This document shows positions 59,049 to 64,000 of a DNA stretch of 64,000 nt, piece by piece. Position numbers and translations under genes: made by a program. Under the pieces are notes generated by a model. That model did not search any database and was not told the origin of the DNA. It saw only the letters and a program-made list of their open reading frames with translations. This DNA is from Vicinamibacteria bacterium. GTDB taxonomy: Bacteria > Acidobacteriota > Vicinamibacteria > Marinacidobacterales > Marinacidobacteraceae. The DNA is taken from contig OY729431.1 in assembly GCA_963422395.1 (NCBI GenBank), forward strand, positions 1,920,001-1,984,000, read 5' to 3'. How positions within the stretch are numbered: the stretch's first letter is position 1; each line of letters opens with the position of its first letter.

Positions 59049-61283
59049 TTGGGGACCGCTGATTTGTCCGACGCTGAGCTTCCCCGCGTGAACGGCAGGG
59101 AAGCGAACGTAGCGGAACCGCGAGCGGCGCTTGGAAGTGCGAACGGAGCGCCGGAAAACGGAAGGGACCGCGGCGAAGGCGCCGAATCGGAAGGCGCTCC
59201 GGCGCTTTCCGTCTCCGAGCTGAGGGATGCCTACCGGGTGATGCTCGCTGCCCGGGAGGTGGACTTCCGGGAGATCGCGCTGAAGCGCCAGAACAAGGCC
59301 TTCTTCCAGATCAGCTCCATCGGGCACGAGGCGGTGACCGCCGCCGCCGGAACGCTGCTTCGACCCGAGACCGACTGGATCTACAGCTACTACCGGGATC
59401 GCGCGCTCGCCATCCGGCTGGGAATCACCCCGACGGAACAGCTGGCGGCGTCCTGGGGTGCGGCGGCCGATCCGTCCTCGGGAGGACGGCAGATGCCCTC
59501 CCACTTCTGCAAGCCAGGCACCGGACTCACCGTGCATTCGAGCTGTGTGGGCACCCAATACCTGCATGCGGTCGGAACCGCCTTCGCCGAGCGGTACCTG
59601 AGCCGCTGCCGGATTCCCGAGCTGCCGGCAGCGCCGGACGGCGACGGAGTCGTGCTGGTGTGCGGCGGCGAGGGCTCCACGAGCGAGGGGGAATTCTGGG
59701 AAGCCCTGAACACCGCTTCGCTCCGGCGCCTCCCGGTGCTGTTCCTCATCGAGGACAACGGCTATGCGATCTCCGTCCCGGTCGAGCATCAGACCGCGGG
59801 CGGGGCGATCGCTCCGCTGGTGCGCGGCTTCCCCGGCCTCGAGGTGCTGGAATGCGACGGGTGCGACTACGAGGAGTCCTGGCGGACCCTGTCGGCAGCC
59901 TTCGAACATGTCAGGTCCGGCGCCGGGCCGGCGCTCGTGCAGGCCCGCGTGGTCCGCTACGAGTCCCATTCCCTCTCCGACGACGACCGGGCTTACAAAT
60001 CCGCCGCCGAGCTCGAAGCGGAGCGGGCGCGGGACCCGCTCCTGAAGCTTCGCGACCGTCTCACCGCCTCGGGAGCCGCCACCGGGGAAGAGCTCGACGA
60101 GCTCGGGAAGCGCACGCAGACGGAGGTCGCCGCGGCCGCGGCCGCGGCCCTGGCCCTGCCCTGGGCAGAGCCGGACACCATCTTCGACCACCTCTACAGC
60201 CCGGATGTGGACCCCTGTTCCCGGGACTTCGAGACCGAACCACAGTTCGAAGAGGGTTCGAAGCCGGGCACGATGGTGGACCTCATCAACGCCGCGCTGC
60301 GTTCCGAGCTGGCCCGCGACCCCCGCGTGGTGGTCTTCGGGCAGGATGTGGCAGACGCGAGCCGCGAAGAGATACTGCGCGAGGTCGAAGGCAAGGGCGG
60401 CGTCTTCAAGGTGAGTCACGGGCTGCAGCGCGAGTTCGGGTCGGAGCGGGTGTTCAACACCCCGCTCGCCGAAGCCACGATCGTGGGGATGGGCACCGGA
60501 ATGGCGACGCGCGGGCTCCGCCCCGTCGCCGAGATCCAGTTCCTCGACTACATCTGGCCGGCGTACATGCAGATCCGCAGCGAGCTCGCCAGCTTGCGCT
60601 GGCGCGCCAACGGGGCCTTCGACGCGCCGCTGGTGATCCGCGTCCCGGTGGGCGGTTACCTGACCGGCGGCGGGATGTACCACAGCCAATCGGCAGAGGT
60701 CCTCTTCACCCACCTGCCCGGATTGCGGGTGGTGATGCCGTCCACCGCGCTCGACGCCGCCGGCCTTCTCCGGACCGCCATCCGTTCCGACGATCCGGTC
60801 ATGTTCCTCGAACACAAACACCTCTACCGGCAGGCCTACAACAAGAGTCCCGACCCGGGGCCCGACTTCATGATTCCGTTCGGCAAGGCGCGCCTGGTGC
60901 GTCCGGGCGAGGATCTCACCCTGATCACTTACGGAGCACTCGTCCACCGGTCGGAACTCGCCGCCCGAAAGGCGGCTGCCGACGGCATTTCGGTGGAGAT
61001 CCTGGACCTGCGCTCTCTCGCCCCCTACGACTGGAACGCGATCCGGGAGAGCGTGCGGCGGACGAACCGGGCGCTCGTCGCCTACGAGGACACCCGCAGC
61101 TTCGGCTACGGAGCTGAGATCGCCGCCCGAATCGCCGAGGAACTCTTCGAGGATCTCGACGCACCGGTTCGCCGGGTCGCCGCCCGCGACACTTGGGTCG
61201 CGTACAACCCGGGCCTCGAACGGGCCATCCTGCCGCAGCCGGAAGATCTCGAAAGCGCGATCCGCCAGCTCGCCGATTACTGA
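59049..61283 (+). CDS. 2-oxoacid (branched-chain/pyruvate) dehydrogenase E1, fused alpha+beta (start uncertain)
   Basis: GHEA, YYRD, GRQMPSH, TPP motif [22 protein letters not shown] and EIQFLDY motifs. Confidence 0.92.
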   Translation: MGTADLSDAELPRVNGREANVAEPRAALGSANGAPENGRDRGEGAESEGAPALSVSELRDAYRVMLAAREVDFREIALKRQNKAFFQISSIGHEAVTAAAGTLLRPETDWIYSYYRDRALAIRLGITPTEQLAASWGAAADPSSGGRQMPSHFCKPGTGLTVHSSCVGTQYLHAVGTAFAERYLSRCRIPELPAAPDGDGVVLVCGGEGSTSEGEFWEALNTASLRRLPVLFLIEDNGYAISVPVEHQTAGGAIAPLVRGFPGLEVLECDGCDYEESWRTLSAAFEHVRSGAGPALVQARVVRYESHSLSDDDRAYKSAAELEAERARDPLLKLRDRLTASGAATGEELDELGKRTQTEVAAAAAAALALPWAEPDTIFDHLYSPDVDPCSRDFETEPQFEEGSKPGTMVDLINAALRSELARDPRVVVFGQDVADASREEILREVEGKGGVFKVSHGLQREFGSERVFNTPLAEATIVGMGTGMATRGLRPVAEIQFLDYIWPAYMQIRSELASLRWRANGAFDAPLVIRVPVGGYLTGGGMYHSQSAEVLFTHLPGLRVVMPSTALDAAGLLRTAIRSDDPVMFLEHKHLYRQAYNKSPDPGPDFMIPFGKARLVRPGEDLTLITYGALVHRSELAARKAAADGISVEILDLRSLAPYDWNAIRESVRRTNRALVAYEDTRSFGYGAEIAARIAEELFEDLDAPVRRVAARDTWVAYNPGLERAILPQPEDLESAIRQLADY

Positions 61284-61391
61284 AGATCAGCCGCCGCCGG
61301 CGACGACCTGGGTCGGTTCCTCCTGACCGCCGATGGCGAAATCCTTCCCCCGCGAAACCCCGGCGCGGTCTGCTCTTTCCACGGGCTGCTG

Positions 61392-62612
61392 ATGTCGGTC
61401 CAGGTCTTTCAGAGCCCTGCTGCGCAAATCGAGCCGTTTCCGGCGAGCCCGGACACGAACCCCCTGAGCGTCCTCTCGGAAGACGAGCGGCTTCACTTCG
61501 CCGCAGTGCAGGAAGTGGCCGAGGGGGTGGTGGCCCCGCAGTCACGCGGCATGGAGGAGGAGGGCTGCATCACAGCGGAACTCGTGCGCTCTCTCGTGGA
61601 CTACGGGTTCTTCGGGGTCGTGGTGCCGGAACAGCTCGGCGGGAGCGGCCTCGGCTTTTTCGAAGTGGTGCTGACGGTCGAGGGACTCGCGCGCGCCGAT
61701 GCGGCCGTGGCGTTGCTCGTGGATGTCCACTGCACGATGGTGGCGGGAGCGATCAACCGCTTCGGCCGCAGAAGCCAGCGGCAGCGACTGCTGCCGGCGC
61801 TCGCCGCCGGCCGGATCGGCTCGTTCGCGCTGTCGGAGGCGCACGCGGGAAGCGACGCATTCGCGCTTCGGACCACGGCCCGGCCGGCGAAGGGCGGATT
61901 CGTACTGAACGGCTCGAAGGCGTGGGTCTCGGGGGGCCGGGAAGCCGGCCTCTTCTTGGTCTTCGCCCGACTCGCCGCCGAAGAAGAGCAGCCGGCAGCG
62001 AACCCCGGCGGCATCACGGCGTTTCTGGTGGACCGCGAGACTCCGGGCCTGACCGTCGGACCCGGCGAGAAAAAGGTCGGCCTCCGCGCATCGAGCACTA
62101 CTCCGCTCTTCCTCGAGAATGTCTTCGTCCCTGCCGAACAGGTGCTCGGCGGCATCGGAGAAGGGCGGCAGCTCGCGCTTTCCCTGCTGAACGAGGGGCG
62201 GATCGGGATCGCGGCCCAGCTGGTCGGCGTCGGGCAGGCAGCGCTCGAACTCGCCGCTTCCTACGCCAGACAGCGCGAAGCGTTCGGCAGGCCGATCGGG
62301 AAGAACCAGGCGGTCGCGTTCGCGCTCGCCGAGGCCGCCACCCAGGTCGAAACCGCCCGGCTGCTGACCTGGAACGCGGCGCGCCTCGCCGATCAGGGAA
62401 ACGAAACCCGCTACGCCGCAGCGATGGCCAAGCTGACCGCACAGCGGATGGCGGAATCGGTGACCTCGCTCGCCATCGAAATCCACGGCGGCGTCGGGTA
62501 CACGACGGACTGTCTCGCCGAGAAGCTCTGGCGAGACGCGAAGGCGGGGACCATCTACGAGGGCACCGAGAACATGCAGCTGACGACCATCGCCCACGGC
62601 CTCGACCTGTAG
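61392..62612 (+). CDS. acyl-CoA dehydrogenase (short/branched-chain type)
   Basis: FALSEAHAGSDA, LNGSKAWVS, KVGLRAS, GRIGIAAQ and IYEGT motifs. Confidence 0.93.
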   Translation: MSVQVFQSPAAQIEPFPASPDTNPLSVLSEDERLHFAAVQEVAEGVVAPQSRGMEEEGCITAELVRSLVDYGFFGVVVPEQLGGSGLGFFEVVLTVEGLARADAAVALLVDVHCTMVAGAINRFGRRSQRQRLLPALAAGRIGSFALSEAHAGSDAFALRTTARPAKGGFVLNGSKAWVSGGREAGLFLVFARLAAEEEQPAANPGGITAFLVDRETPGLTVGPGEKKVGLRASSTTPLFLENVFVPAEQVLGGIGEGRQLALSLLNEGRIGIAAQLVGVGQAALELAASYARQREAFGRPIGKNQAVAFALAEAATQVETARLLTWNAARLADQGNETRYAAAMAKLTAQRMAESVTSLAIEIHGGVGYTTDCLAEKLWRDAKAGTIYEGTENMQLTTIAHGLDL

Positions 62613-62655
62613 CTGTAGCGCGGTCTGCGCTTCCTCCCGTCCAGCCCGGCCCGCC

Positions 62656-64000
<1,345 letters not shown>

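Noticed and set aside
58994-59062. 22-aa uORF or frameshifted start of the E1 gene
   Set aside because: No motif, no attenuator structure and no RBS support. Cannot be distinguished from chance
62607-62618. CTGTAG direct repeat as a transposon footprint
   Set aside because: A 6-bp duplication with no recognisable element end. May be chance

Overview
High-GC bacterial chromosome. The gene set and order suggest Acidobacteriota, which is an inference. The housekeeping backbone is carBA, rpsA-ihfB-icmF-B12 domain-birA-comEC, a long minus-strand run (thiolase, crotonase, ribH, nusB, lysS, lolCE/lolD, clpC, bamA, skp, fabZ, TonB-like, SpoIID), nucleoside salvage genes, uvrB, ispH with a divergent ferredoxin, a fused 2-oxoacid dehydrogenase E1 and an acyl-CoA dehydrogenase. 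Two defence islands (about 14.7-21.5 kb and 38.2-44.5 kb) contain restriction-modification, integrase and ATPase genes reduced to fragments. Within them, three toxin-antitoxin pairs, an AlbA_2-HATPase gene and an ABC-ATPase/DUF4276 pair remain intact. A type I hsdR runs off the right end. IS5, IS1182 and IS481 elements are intact. The non-coding features not explained by these genes are: a hairpin-rich 301-bp x 3.3 tandem array bounded by 18-bp inverted repeats; a dispersed ~190-bp MITE-like structured repeat that shows a compensatory base-pair change, sits at TAG/CTAG sites and completes extended -10 boxes; a MITE-IS481 chimera; and several probable leaderless transcripts. No CRISPR array, tRNA or rRNA was seen.
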